Below, one piece after another: positions 1-11,643 of a stretch of 38,358 nucleotides of DNA; positions within the stretch are counted from its first letter, which is position 1; every line of letters starts with the position of its first letter. The notes below the pieces were generated by a model, which saw only the letters and a program-made list of their open reading frames with translations, was not told where the DNA came from and did no database searches. The position numbers were made by a program, and so were the translations under genes. The stretch spans positions 9,222,407 through 9,260,764 of the forward strand of contig NC_068996.1 of NCBI RefSeq assembly GCF_001194135.2, written 5' to 3'. Origin of the DNA: Octopus bimaculoides. Lineage: Eukaryota.

Positions 1-100
1 CGTTATTGCTGCATGTGACACGTTATTGCTATGTGTGACACATTATTGCTATGTGTGACACGTTACTGCTATGTGTGACATGATACTGTTATATGCGTTA
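1..100. repeat. 20-bp tandem minisatellite (unit about CGTTATTGCTATGTGTGACA), with decayed copies to about 480
   Basis: Four near-identical 20-mers at 1-80; TGTGACA/ATTGC words recur in decayed form downstream. Confidence 0.85.
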
Positions 101-1149
101 TGGTCCTTACTGCAAGATGTGATACAGAACTGTTAGATATGAAGCAATATTGGTAGCTGTTACCCAATATTGCTTAATAAAATATGTTACTGCTATTTGT
201 GAATGTATATTTACTATATGTGACACAATTTGCCTTGTTGTAGAATGGTGCTGCTAGATATGAAGTGATACCAATTCAAACAGGTATGTAAATAGTGGTA
301 TAAATGAAATGATATGGAATTCTGGGTGTGTAGTGTGATTTGGTAATGTCATAAACAGCTGTGGCATAACATTGCAACAGAGAGTTGTGATTTTGCTCTG
401 TAACAGCAGACGTGATGCAATATTGCAATAGACAGAGGTAAAACAATACTGCAACAGACAAATGTGACATAATCACCTGATCATGCTACTTGCATGGATT
501 CCTGTGACCTTCTGTTGCCACCCAATTCTCGAATTCATATTTGAGTTGGGAGCTTGAGGCATAGCGGGCGCCACCCCTATGGATGTGTTGCAGTTGCTCT
601 CTTAATAAGTCTTGAAGATCCTGGCTGTTGATCTTTTCGGATTCTTCCACTCAGCATCAATCTAAGAAGCACCACTGGCCTAGTTCAGCTCTTGTTCTAC
701 CTCTTCACAACCTGCCATGCTGCAGTCACATGACTTCACTGTATCCATGCTAGGATGGCTGAACAGGTCCCATGCCTTACCAAAGGGCAGCCTGTAATTA
801 TGCAGAACACAGTTGTCACTCCATGAGACATTTTTGGAATACCCACATACCTAATGTGACATAATACAGCCAGTTATAACACCATGTGACATGATGCTGC
901 AACAATCAGATGTAACATTGAATTTACTATAAGGTGTGATGTGATGCAGTGATTGAAAGTAAGGTTTTGTATCCTCTGACTAGTTTGCTTTCTTACTCTA
1001 CTAATAGTATGGGATCGTTAATAAGCCATTAAGTTTTTGTTCTTAATGAAGCAATTAACTTCAAGGTCAGTATGAATGTATTTGTGTGTATGTGTTAGTA
1101 CATATGCATTTGTTTACATGTTCATGCATGTTCTACAACAACTTGTTAG

Positions 1150-1385
1150 CAACCAATTAAGTTTTTCTGAAGACTAACCAACAAGAGTAACTATACTTGA
1201 TTACTTGACGTATTAGTAATAACAACCAAATCTCTCTTGATTCACATCTTGTCTTCTTCTGAAAACGGCACAATAGACCCATTAAGAATGTCTAAAGCAA
1301 AAAGATGGGATGGTCGTGGGTGAATTACCTTTGGTCATATATCTGTCTGCACAACCAGGGCTGACTTTTGGTATAAGCAACAAGA
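1150..1385 (+). mobile_element. Degenerate interspersed repeat (SINE-like family D)
   Basis: Shares the AATAGCAG(T/C)CAAA...GGATGGT...GCTGAC word order with 28575-28820 and 29135-29300. Confidence 0.4.
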
Positions 1386-2776
1386 GCAGTTATCTTGTGC
1401 ATGAAACTATAAGGGAGTCTCCTCAAAGCCATATTACCTACTGGAAATAATAACCAAATCCCCTTTGGCTTGTACCCTAGCAGCTCGAAATAGGAGGGAA
1501 TAATATAATCTAAGATATAATGTCTGGAGAAACAAAATAGAATGGCTACGATTGGAAAAGCTTTGACAAAGACAAAAAAAAAAGCATTAAAATAATATAG
1601 TGCTGTTAAAAATTTGTTTTTCTTGTTTTGTTTCCTTTGGCTCTGTGGGGACATGGGACGTGACTGTGTGGTAAGTAGGTTGCTGCCCAACCAAAGACTT
1701 GTGTGTGTATCTGAAAGATGGAAACTGAAAGAAAACCATCATGTGTGTGTTTGGGTTCCTTTGTGTTGACATCATGTGATAGTTGTAAAATGACTGTCAC
1801 AGTGATATTAACAGTGTCATTCATTCCCAAAAGTCTGAGAATGTGTCTGGCCATGGGAGAAATATTACTTTGCTTGGAAACAGGAGATGGCTGGTGGCAG
1901 GAAAGGCATCCAACCATAGAAAATTTGCTTCAATAAACTCTCTTTGACCCATGGAAGCATGGAAAGTAGACATTTGATGATGATGATGATGAGGAGGAGG
2001 AGGAGGAGGGTTGTGTGTGTGCATGTGTATTTCTTGGAAAATACTTGTGATAAAGAAAGCTATCACTGGTTTAGTCAACTGGCCAACATGTGCTTCATGG
2101 TAGGTAAGTGGTTGAAGACCTATATTTTATGTGCTAGTTGCTGAAAAGCCATAAAGGATTTTTTTTTCCTTCTTCTCTGAATGGTGTCCAACATATAAAC
2201 CTTTTGCAACATGAGTGTTAGAAATTGTCCTCAAGAGAATCGGTGTTTGATTCTGTACAAAGAAGGGGAGGGGGAAAAAAAGAAACGTAAATAAAAAAAA
2301 ACATATACGAAAATGAAGAGGAGGCCGAGAGAATTACATGACTTGCTTTTCCTTTTCCACTGTGGTTTATCAATTGATGAGAGTTGATTATTTTGATAAA
2401 AGTTACATGATGGAAATCTTGTTACCCAAAATAGATATGCGAAGGGTCATGAAGTTGGTGTGGGTGAGGGAAAGCTATTTCAGATAAAACGACGCTATTA
2501 TTGACTGAGTACCTAAAGCTTCAGTTTCCATTTTTGTTTGTATGTGTGTGTGTGTGTATTGGTTATATTGATTGTTTATTTCTTTTTAATTTTTGGTAAG
2601 TTCCATTCCATTTCATGGGTTAAGTGGAATATATTCTACTAACTAATTATGCTGTGAACATAAAAGGCAACAGAGTGGAAGAACTGATTGACAACCTGAT
2701 AAAACATCTTATGCTCTGTGTGTGTGTGTGTGTATCTCTCTCTCTCTTTTTCTCTATTTATATATATGTGTGTATA

Positions 2777-3184
2777 CTCTTTTACTCTTTTACTTGTTTC
2801 AGTCTTTTGACTGTGGCCATGCTGGAGCACCGCCTTTAGTTGAGCAAATCGACCCCAGGACTTATTCTTTGGAAGCCTAGTACTTATTCTTTCGGTCTCT
2901 TTTGCCGAACCGCTAAGTTACGGGGACATAAACACACCAGCATCGGTTGTCAAGCGATGTTGAGGGGACAAACACAGACATCCAAACACATACACACATA
3001 CATATATATATATATATACATATATACGACAGGCTTCTTTCAGTTTCCGTCTACCAAATCCACTCACAAGGCATTGGTCGGCCCGAGGCTATAGTAGAAG
3101 ACACTTGCCCAAGATGCCACACAGTGGGACTGAACCCGGGACCATGTGGTTGGTAAGCAAGCTACTTACCACACAGCCACTCCT
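2777..3184 (-). mobile_element. tRNA-derived SINE, family A (about 410 bp, internal TA/CA microsatellite)
   Basis: Minus-strand head AGGAGTGGCTGTGTGGTAAG...GGTTCAGTCCC (Pol III A/B boxes) and tail GAAACAAGTAAAAGAGTAAAAGAG; many similar copies in the window. Confidence 0.95.
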
Positions 3185-3189
3185 AAAAT

Positions 3190-3335
3190 AATCATCATCG
3201 TCATTTAACATCTTCCTTCCATGCTGGCATGGGTTGGAGGGTTTGACAGGAGCTGGCACTAGACTTCTGTGTCTGTTTTGGTAGGGTTTTTACAGCTGGA
3301 TGCCCTTCCAAACACCAACCACCCGGCAGAGAGTG
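3190..3335 (-). mobile_element. Retroposon 3' fragment, family C (GGAAGGGCATCCAGC domain, (GAT)n tail)
   Basis: Matches copies at 19751-20040, 24749-24982, 18601-18960 and 33958-34300. Confidence 0.8.
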
Positions 3336-3339
3336 GATA

Positions 3340-3480
3340 TATATATTCGCCATGATAGATCGCTAGCCACTACACATTCTTTATGTTCTCTCCTTGTTTC
3401 TTTTTGTGTTCCTTTCTGTGGAAGGGCGTAGGCTCAAAACATTAAAGACTTTTTCACTTCCCAAGCGTTATACTAATACA
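3340..3480 (+). mobile_element. Penelope-like terminal-repeat relic with decayed hammerhead motif
   Basis: GAAGGGCGTAGGCTCAAAACATTAAAGACTTTTTCACTTCCCAAGCGTTATACTAATACA is homologous to the reverse complement of 17735-17805. Confidence 0.55.
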
Positions 3481-3752
3481 GCTTGAATTCTACGAGATAT
3501 GGACTCGTACAAAGTTTGAATTGTTTCCAAAGTAATTTTTGTCCATTCTTCAGCTAAAACAGTCTCCAGTTCTTGTAGTGATGATGGTGGAGGATATCAA
3601 CTCCTTACTTGTTTATCTAAAATGCACCATAAATGTTCAATAATATTGAGATCTGGGGACTGTGGTGACCAGATAAGATGTTCAACTTCACTAGAATGTT
3701 CCTCGTGCCATTCAGTGACAACTTTAGCTGTGTGAATTGGTGCATTATTTTG
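3477..3752 (-). pseudogene. Tc1-family transposase C-terminal relic (catalytic-domain end)
   Basis: Translates QNNAPIHTAKVVTEWHEEHSSEVEHLIWSPQSPDLNIIEHLWCILDKQVRS*YPPPSSLQELETVLAEEWTKITLETIQTLYESISRRIQAV; SPDLNxIEHLW is a Tc1 hallmark; has an internal stop and D-to-N change. Confidence 0.93.
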
Positions 3753-3844
3753 TCCAATCCCTGTGTTCACACATACATTATACACACACACACGATTTTT
3801 ATGTATATATATATATATATATTTAAGTATGTGTATGTATATAC

Positions 3845-3886
<42 letters not shown>

Positions 3887-3892
3887 TGTGTG

Positions 3893-4059
3893 TGTTGAAT
3901 TAATCAGGGACTATTTCATGACTTTGAGATTTTGATGATGTGGTTGTTTATGCTTAGAATGACATTGTAGGGTTGGTATGAGAGGCCAGATCTGGTCAGT
4001 TTGAACATAAAACATGGAGAATCTTTTGGCCAGATATGGTCAGTTTAAATACCAAAGGA
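3893..4059. mobile_element. Partial piggyBac-type MITE (same family as 31474-31693)
   Basis: Aligns with the internal sequence of 31474-31693 and ends AAAGGA|TTAA. Confidence 0.65.
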
Positions 4060-4820
4060 TTAAATGCAGTGTTTAGCTATTTTCATAACCAACTCACCTG
4101 AGACCATTCCTGGTTCTGTGATATGAGACAAATTTCTTGCTTTAAAGTGCATTAGCCTTCCATCAAAACTTCATGATAATATATGTTCTAAATGCTCAGC
4201 TTAAGTATTTTAAAATTTTCATTATTTTCAAAATTAATTGTACCAAAGTCAGTGAAATTCAACAGAAATATGACAACAAAAGTACTAAACCTTACAATGA
4301 TACATTACTTGATGCATATAACCATAGTTTGTGAGCTGCAGTTTCTTTCTTTTCCACTAGTTCCACTATTTTATTTATCAGAAAGAATTACAAATATTCT
4401 TTATTTCCATTTTCTAAATTTTTTTTCCTCGCTGTTATCTTGTTATCAGTTTTTTTTTTATCTTTTTTTTTTTTTTGTCCAAGAACATTTTTTTTATTTG
4501 TCTTAACCAGTGACTATGACTGGCATTTGGTATCTGTTTTATAAACTATAACTAGAAATTTGTTTTCACTAAGTAATATTTGCAAGGTTTGGAATCTTGA
4601 TCATTTGAGGACAATTCTTTCTGGTGCATTTAACCATTTTATCACTACCATCACCCTTAAGCATCTGATATAATTTTATTGATGATTTTATTTATTTATT
4701 TTAGATTGTTTTTTTTTATCTTTTACCATTTTTCTTCTCTTATTTTGCAGTATGAAAATAATTGAAATGCTTTTTTTTTTTTTTATAAAGTATAACATTG
4801 CAGTTTTCTTTTCATTTCAG

Positions 4821-5372
4821 AGTTCTAAAAAGATGACTGAAGGGTCGTCGCCAGTATTGTCACCTACCAGTAGCCAAACTCAAGAGAATAGTGTGGACGA
4901 TGTTGAACCAAACCCTTCGTGCGTAGAAAACATCACCAAAAATATTGGTGCAACAGTCACAACTGTTGTTACTTCCAGTTCTGCAATTAAGCAAGAGCCT
5001 GTTGATTTTGACAACGACGAAAACTACCAAATCTCATTCCAATCTCATTATGATAGCTTTAATTCTTCAGATTTAAATACAGGCCTGGTTCGGAACAGGC
5101 ACAAACGTTGTATAGTAGATTCCAAGTTACCATTGATAAAACTGAGTCAGATAAAGTCTGTGTATGATAATAGGAACAGTGCAGGATCCACTACAATCAG
5201 GCAAATGTTTGCTCTTAAGAAGCGACTCAAACAAGAACCATTAAATGGTGGCACAGACAACTGGTTGTCTCAAAAGACCAAAAGTAAGGACTTACAGGGG
5301 GATTTTGCTGTTGATATGCATAGACAAGCTGATAACAGTAATTCCCCATCTTCAGAGGCTGAATTTCCCAAG
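4821..5372 (+). CDS. Coding exon of an uncharacterised protein; Ser/Thr-rich, probably disordered, two psi-K-x-E motifs (IKQE, LKQE) and a basic patch (LKKRLK)
   Basis: 552-nt stop-free frame between acceptor TTTCATTTCAG|4821 and donor CCCAAG|GTAATT (5373); in-frame ATG at 4833; non-repetitive; ends in phase 0. Confidence 0.85.
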
Positions 5373-5582
5373 GTAATTATAATTATATTCCAATTCATTC
5401 CATATCTCTTGTTGCTTCAATATTATGTTTTCAGTTTTCAACATTTGCTGTTTGCAACACTTGTTCTTTTTGCAAGGAAAATATTTGATTAGTTTTACAA
5501 ATGCAATGATCTTTTTAACTACCAGGTAACCAGAATTAAACCTATATATATACATACATATATATATATATANNNNNNNNNN

Positions 5583-6138
5583 GAAGTAAATAGACACCTT
5601 TAATTTTCAAAATATTTTATTTTATATTAATTGGTTGAAGGAGAGGTTTTCTTTTAGCTACTCGTCCATAATACCCAAGCTTATGCAGATATGTAACACA
5701 TGTTCTTGAACTAACTTCTAGCTGTTTTGCAATATAAGAAGCCTTCGAACGAGGTTCATTTTCTGCAATTCTCTTCAAGCAGCAAAGCTTCCTTTCCAAG
5801 GGCCCAGTTGGCCAGGATGAGAATTTGTTGATTCTTTTCCTTGGCTTTTGAATTACACTATAATTCTATTAACAGTAGCAAGAGGAATTTGATGATTTTT
5901 GGCAATTTTTCACTGGATAAGACCAGCCTCAGATTGCCCAACAATACGACCTCTTTGAAAATCTGACAGTTCTGCTGAATTTTTTGTGCATGGCATGGTT
6001 ACTCTTTGCAAATGTTTAATATAATGGCATCTGGAATGAAAAAGAATAATTACATTGTAAATTCTACACCACTGAAATCATATTAAGACGCTTAGATCAT
6101 AAATTTTGAAAATTAAAGGTGTCTATTTACTTCCTGCA
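5583..6138 (-). mobile_element. Internally deleted Tc1-like DNA transposon (about 550 bp) with TIRs
   Basis: GAAGTAAATAGACACCTTTAATTTTCAAAAT (5583-5613) is inverted at 6103-6133; minus strand encodes MPCTKNSAELSDFQRGRIVG...RTCVTYLHKLGYYGRVAKRKPLL (Tc1 DNA-binding region) with stops and a frameshift. Confidence 0.9.
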
Positions 6139-6637
6139 TGTCTATATATATATATATATATGAAAACGTGTGCATGTTATATCACATTCTACCTGAGGAA
6201 GCACCAACACACAGTTGTTGCCAAAAAATAATTATATAGTAACTCTAAAGGATAATCTTATATAAGGATATATACACCTTCTCCTTGACGTACAATCGAG
6301 TTCCATTTTGACTGACAGGTCGTGACAGGTCGTATGTTGGATTTATATTTTTCCATTCAAACAAAACTGATGCATGACAGTGACTGAATGAGAGACAGTG
6401 GCAGGCAGTGGATGCCTGGGTCTGAGGGAGGCCTCCGTTGCCAGATACTGCCATAGTTATCTTACACACAGCTGCCCAGCATCCGAAAATCAGTTTTATT
6501 TTTTTGTGGTTGTAAACATGGTAATCTAAAGCTGGTGTCCAGTGAAGAAGCAAATGTAATCTTCTATTTTCCATCTTCATATTATACTATTCTTCTGTGT
6601 GTGTGTGTGCATTTGTTTTTATGAAAAGTTATATAAA

Positions 6638-6685
6638 TCAGGAGTGGCAGTGTGATAAGTAGCTTGCTTCCCAACCACACGGGTG
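6638..6685 (+). mobile_element. SINE family A head fragment
   Basis: CAGGAGTGGCAGTGTGATAAGTAGCTTGCTTCCCAACCACACGG matches the family A 5' end. Confidence 0.7.
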
Positions 6686-7589
6686 GGTAGAGCAATGTAA
6701 ATGAAAATTAGGTGTGGTATAAGTAAGTTTGTAAACAGAAAGGAGAAATGGTTGTATACAAACGGAGAAATGAGAAGGACAAGAGGAAAGGATATGCTTG
6801 TGAGGTAAAGATGAACAGGAAAGGAAAGTTGAGACAGTTTTTCTGGTTTGATAGTGGTTTGTTTTCATTTGAGCTCAGTAAGTCATGTATGTGAAGCAGT
6901 CTGTCAGAACTACATTTGTAAAGGGACTCATGTTGCAGATGTGTAATATTCAGGTCACAACTTGTGTTGATTGAATTTTTTTTTTATGAATTGTCTAGAT
7001 TCTTCATATATAAGATAGTGCATGCATATGTGTGTGTTCTACCTGTTTTCATCAGCAGTGTTGCGTCAAGCAAAAGTTAACTTAGCCACTCCACAAATGA
7101 ATATAGACAGATAAAAATAAGAATCAGACTGAAATAAACTCTATAGTTGCTGAGGCCAATTAAATCCTTAAAGGCAATACTCTAGAATAACTCTCATGCT
7201 ATGACTGAAATAAAAAGGAGAATATATATATACTTTGTTTTTGAATCTAGTTTGCAAGATTCTTTATGTGAATCTGTATGCTAAAGCAAATTTTGTTGTG
7301 TCTGGTTAGTGTGTTACATATTAAGACAGTATGATTCTTTCCAGAAACAGCGCAATATATATATATATATATATATACATATATATNNNNNNNNNNNNNN
7401 NNNNNNNNNNNNNNNNNNNNNNNNNNNNNNNNNNNNNNNNNNNNNNNNNNNNNNNNNNNNNNNNNNNNNNNNNNNNNNNNNNNNNNNNNNNNNNNNNNNN
7501 NNNNNNNNNNNNNNNNNNNNNNNNNNNNNNNNNNNNNNNNNNNNNNNNNNNNNNNNNNNCATACATGAATGCATGCATGCATACACACA

Positions 7590-7661
7590 GACATACATAC
7601 ACATATACATACATACATACATACATACATACATACATACATACATACATACATACATACA
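7590..7661. repeat. (TACA)n microsatellite
   Basis: Direct reading. Confidence 0.95.
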
Positions 7662-7997
7662 TAGGTACACCTCAACATTATATCGGTAATTGGTTCCAAG
7701 ACGTGACTTAAGCTGAAAATCGTAACATGAAAAAACATTTTTTTTAAAGTATATTAGCTTTTAATAAATGATTTGAACATATTTTCACATGTATTTTATA
7801 TTTTTCCACTTCAGCTTTTGTCTTTGGGGGTTTTTTTTTTTTTGGTTTTTTAACTTTTAAATCTTCACTGAGAGACCAATGTAAAGTCAAATAAATCAAC
7901 TGAAGTTGAGGTTTATTTTTTTTCCAATTAAAAAAAACAAAACAATATAAAGTTGTAAAAGTTCTCACCAATAGTGACGTAAGCTGAGGTGTGTATG
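7662..7997. mobile_element. Putative pogo/Tigger-type MITE
   Basis: Left end TAGGTACACCTCAACATTATATCGGTAATTGGTTCC and right end CCAATAGTGACGTAAGCTGAGGTGTGTATG are degenerate inverted repeats related to the 12773-12826 terminus. Confidence 0.5.
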
Positions 7998-8342
7998 TCA
8001 GTGTGTATTCAAAATTGTACAGAAACAAAACGACCAAAAGACAGAGACTGGTGAGGGAACAATAAGCATTAGTTTGACAATGAGGGAAAATGGAAGAAGT
8101 CTTTGATGTTTCAAGCCTATGCTCTTCTATGAGAAGGAATGAGGAGAGAAAACAAATGAAAAGAAAGAAGAAAAAGAAAGAGAGATATAAATATTTGTGT
8201 GTGTGTAGGGGTATGAATATGTATATATACTGTACACATATTTGGAAAAAAGCAAGAGAAAGAGTACAATGGAATAACTACAGGTGTGAAATATCCAGTA
8301 TTTCGGGATATTTTATCCTATGTATATAAGTGTGTGTGTGTG

Positions 8343-8383
<41 letters not shown>

Positions 8384-9002
8384 NNNNNNNNNNNNNNNNN
8401 NNNNNNNNNNNNNNNNNNNNNNNNNNNNNNNNNNNNNNNNNNNNNNNNNNNNNNNNNNNNNNNNNNNNNNNNNNNNNNNNNNNNNNNNNNNNNNNNNNNN
8501 NNNNNNNNNNNNNNNNNNNNNNNNNNNNNNNNNNNNNNNNNNNNNNNNNNNNNNNNNNNNNNNNNNNNNNNNNNNNNNNNNNNNNNNNNTATATATATAT
8601 ATATATATATGCACTTCAGAGCAAAACTATGTAGATTGAATGCAATTGACTGTTGAAAAGTGTAAAAAACAAAACAAATTAATTATTGTCTGGAATATAA
8701 AGTGGGAGACAAGTCCATTTGTACATCAGAACTTTTGAGTAGACAGCTAAGAGTTAAATGAAACACAACTAAACTTACTCACTTTCTTTGTAAATGAGGG
8801 AACACTGATATCAGTTAGTAATGAAATTCTTATAATTGCCATGTGCATGATGAACACTGTATAAAAAGGTGTGTCAGGGTGTGTTGTCTGTCATGTGTAT
8901 AGTTATGTTAGATATCTGAGGGGAAATGTAACTGTGGAAAAGGTGTGATTCAGTAACAGAGCTTACTTAACATGCCGTTGATGATGCCAGAATTTACTGC
9001 TA

Positions 9003-9051
<49 letters not shown>

Positions 9052-10454
9052 GTGTATGTATATATATANNNNNNNNNNNNNNNNNNNNNNNNNNNNNNNN
9101 NNNNNNNNNNNNNNNNNNNNNNNNNNNNNNNNNNNNNNNNNNNNNNNNNNNNNNNNNNNNNNNNNNNNNNNNNNNNNNNNNNNNNNNNNNNNNATTCATA
9201 ATAGCTTCATTCTTCCCTCATCATTATACAGAAGCCTTTCATTTTCTTTCTCTCTCTCTTTCCTCTCTCCCTCTCTCTCTCTCCTCTCTCCCTCTTTCTC
9301 CTCACACACAAACATGTGGGGAAAATGAAAAGGGTGAGGGAAGTCTGGAGGTCCCACCACTTTTAAATCTATCAACAAAGGAAGACCCTTCTCCTGAGTA
9401 TCATATCTTAAGTTTGTGTCATAGAGGTGACAGACTAGACTTTAATCTGTCACATGTTCCAACCGTTTTGGTGCTACCCTGCTTGAAACCAACCCTGGTC
9501 CAGTTTTAGTGTGATTTAAATTAAAACTTTCTATCAAAATTTCAGGTTAAATTATGTTCCAAAAAACCAGGTTAATTATGACAAATTCTTCATCGTTTTC
9601 AAAATTAAGTGAAATTAAGGCTGTGAAATATGGTAGCGAAAAGGGGGTGACACCACCCCTGGGCTTCAGATGTCTTAACCATTTTGTTATTGTACTTCTA
9701 TCGAAACGTACTACCTTTGTTTCAATTAACTTCTGAAACAATGAAGGATTTATTGAAATAACTTTGTCATTATTAAACTAGAGTTTTAAACATAAATCAG
9801 CATGGAATTTTGATGAAAGGTTTCACTTTAAATCACTTAAAAAGAGGAAGTTTATGTTATAGACCAAGGACCAGTTTCAGACAGGTTGGTAGCAAACATG
9901 TTTGAAGTCCCCACTGACGCCAGCAGTCAGGGCAGGTCTTTACTCTGAGGATAAATTCCTCCCCCACCTCCATCAGTCTCAGAAGCCCAGAAAAAGAGCC
10001 ATGGGTACTACACTTCCTCCTATGACTAAGTTTATAATAATAACAACAACATATCTGGAAGTAGTTTGCTATGACTGCTGCATGGTGTAATTTATGCAGC
10101 CAATCAACAAGCAGATGATCCCATCCCTAGACTGTGTGTGTGTGTGTGTGTCATAAGTAGGATGACCAAACCTTAGCTAAAGGTAACATACAATCATCTT
10201 TGTTTTGGCAATTGTGTTCATGTGTGGGTAGGGAAAAAAAGAAAAAAACTAATAAAGGTTAAGAAAAAAAATTCAACCAACCACAACATGACTTATGCTG
10301 TTTAGTATCAGGTAGCAAAAACTCTGTACGGCTTTTGTATGTAAACATCCTTGAAGTGTACATACATGTGTGTGTGTGTGTGTGTGTATACACATGTCAT
10401 CACTCTCTCAGGCATTCATCACTCTCTTACCAGCCATTATGTATTTCAACTTCT

Positions 10455-10620
10455 AAAAGAAGTGGCATTTTGTCTGTCTGCACATTCTGAGTTCAAATTC
10501 CACCAAGGTCGACTTTGCCTTCCATCGTTTTGGAGTCAATAAAGTACCAGTGAAACACTGGGGTCAATGCAATCGACTAGTCACCACATTTCAGGCCTTC
10601 AGTAGAAAGGATTATTATCA
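10455..10620 (+). mobile_element. SINE family B, 5'-truncated
   Basis: CTGAGTTCAAATTCCACCAAGGTCGACTTTGCCTTCCATC core and ATT tail. Confidence 0.85.
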
Positions 10621-10652
10621 TTGTTATTATTGTTGTTGTTGTTGTTGTTATT

Positions 10653-10875
10653 AAGGTGGCGAACTGGCAGAATCATTAGCATGCCAGGCAAAATGCTTAG
10701 CAATATTTCGTCTGCCATTACGTTCTGAGTTCAAATTCCACTGAGGTCGACTTTGCCTTTCATCCTTTCGGGGTTGAAAAATTAAGTACCAGTTGAGTAC
10801 TGGGGTCAATGTAATTGATTATTCCCCTCTCCCCAAATTTCAGGCCTTGTACCAATCGTAGAAAAGGATTATTAT
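10653..10875 (+). mobile_element. tRNA-derived SINE family B, full length
   Basis: Head GGTGGCGAACTGGCAGAATCATTAGC, B box GAGTTCAAATTCC, core GTCGACTTTGCCTTTCATCCTTTCGGGG...AAGTACCAG, (ATT)n tail. Confidence 0.92.
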
Positions 10876-10976
10876 TATTGTTATTCCTTTCTCTGTATGG
10901 TTTTTCATACATTTGGCAGGTTAGAGGTGGGAAATAGGTGAGCAGACCTAAGAGTGTTGTTAAATTGAAGGTCACA

Positions 10977-11643
10977 NNNNNNNNNNNNNNNNNNNNNNNN
11001 NNNNNNNNNNNNNNNNNNNNNNNNNNNNNNNNNNNNNNNNNNNNNNNNNNNNNNNNNNNNNNNNNNNNNNNNNNNNNNNNNNNNNNNNNNNNNNNNNNNN
11101 NNNNNNNNNNNNNNNNNNNNNNNNNNNNNNNNNNNNNNNNNNNNNNNNNNNNNNNNNNNNNNNNNNNNNNNNNNNNNNNNNNNNNNNNNNNNNNNNNNNN
11201 NNNNNNNNNNNNNNNNNNNNNNNNNNNNNNNNNNNNNNNNNNNNNNNNNNNNNNNNNNNNNNNNNNNNNNNNNNNNNNNNNNNNNNNNNNNNNNNNNNNN
11301 NNNNNNNNNNNNNNNNNNNNNNNNNNNNNNNNNNNNNNNNNNNNNNNNNNNNNNNNNNNNNNNNNNNNNNNNNNNNNNNNNNNNNNNNNNNNNNNNNNNN
11401 NNNNNNNNNNNNNNNNNNNNNNNNNNNNNNNNNNNNNNNNNNNNNNNNNNNNNNNNNNNNNNNNNNNNNNNNNNNNNNNNNNNNNNNNNNNNNNNNNNNN
11501 NNNNNNNNNNNNNNNNNNNNNNNNNNNNNNNNNNNNNNNNNNNNNNNNNNNNNNNNNNNNNNNNNNNNNNNNNNNNNNNNNNNNNNNNNNNNNNNNNNNN
11601 NNNNNNNNNNNNNNNNNNNNNNNNNNNNNNNNNNNNNNNNNNN
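10977..11643. other. Largest assembly gap; further N gaps near 5.57, 7.39, 8.38, 9.07, 16.28, 16.77, 21.85, 26.21, 27.51, 30.39, 33.58 and 37.28 kb
   Basis: N runs, most abutting microsatellites. Confidence 1.

Noticed and set aside
1-100. CRISPR-like regular repeats
   Set aside because: Units are contiguous with no unique spacers, the context is eukaryotic, and no cas genes are present
3477-6138. A single Tc1 element that captured the host exon (N- and C-terminal halves are collinear on the minus strand)
   Set aside because: The N-terminal piece is closed by its own TIR at 5583-5613, and no TIR follows the C-terminal piece
9313-9390. Peptide GENEKGEGSLEVPPLLNLSTKEDPSPE as an exon
   Set aside because: No AG acceptor after the CT tract and no convincing donor
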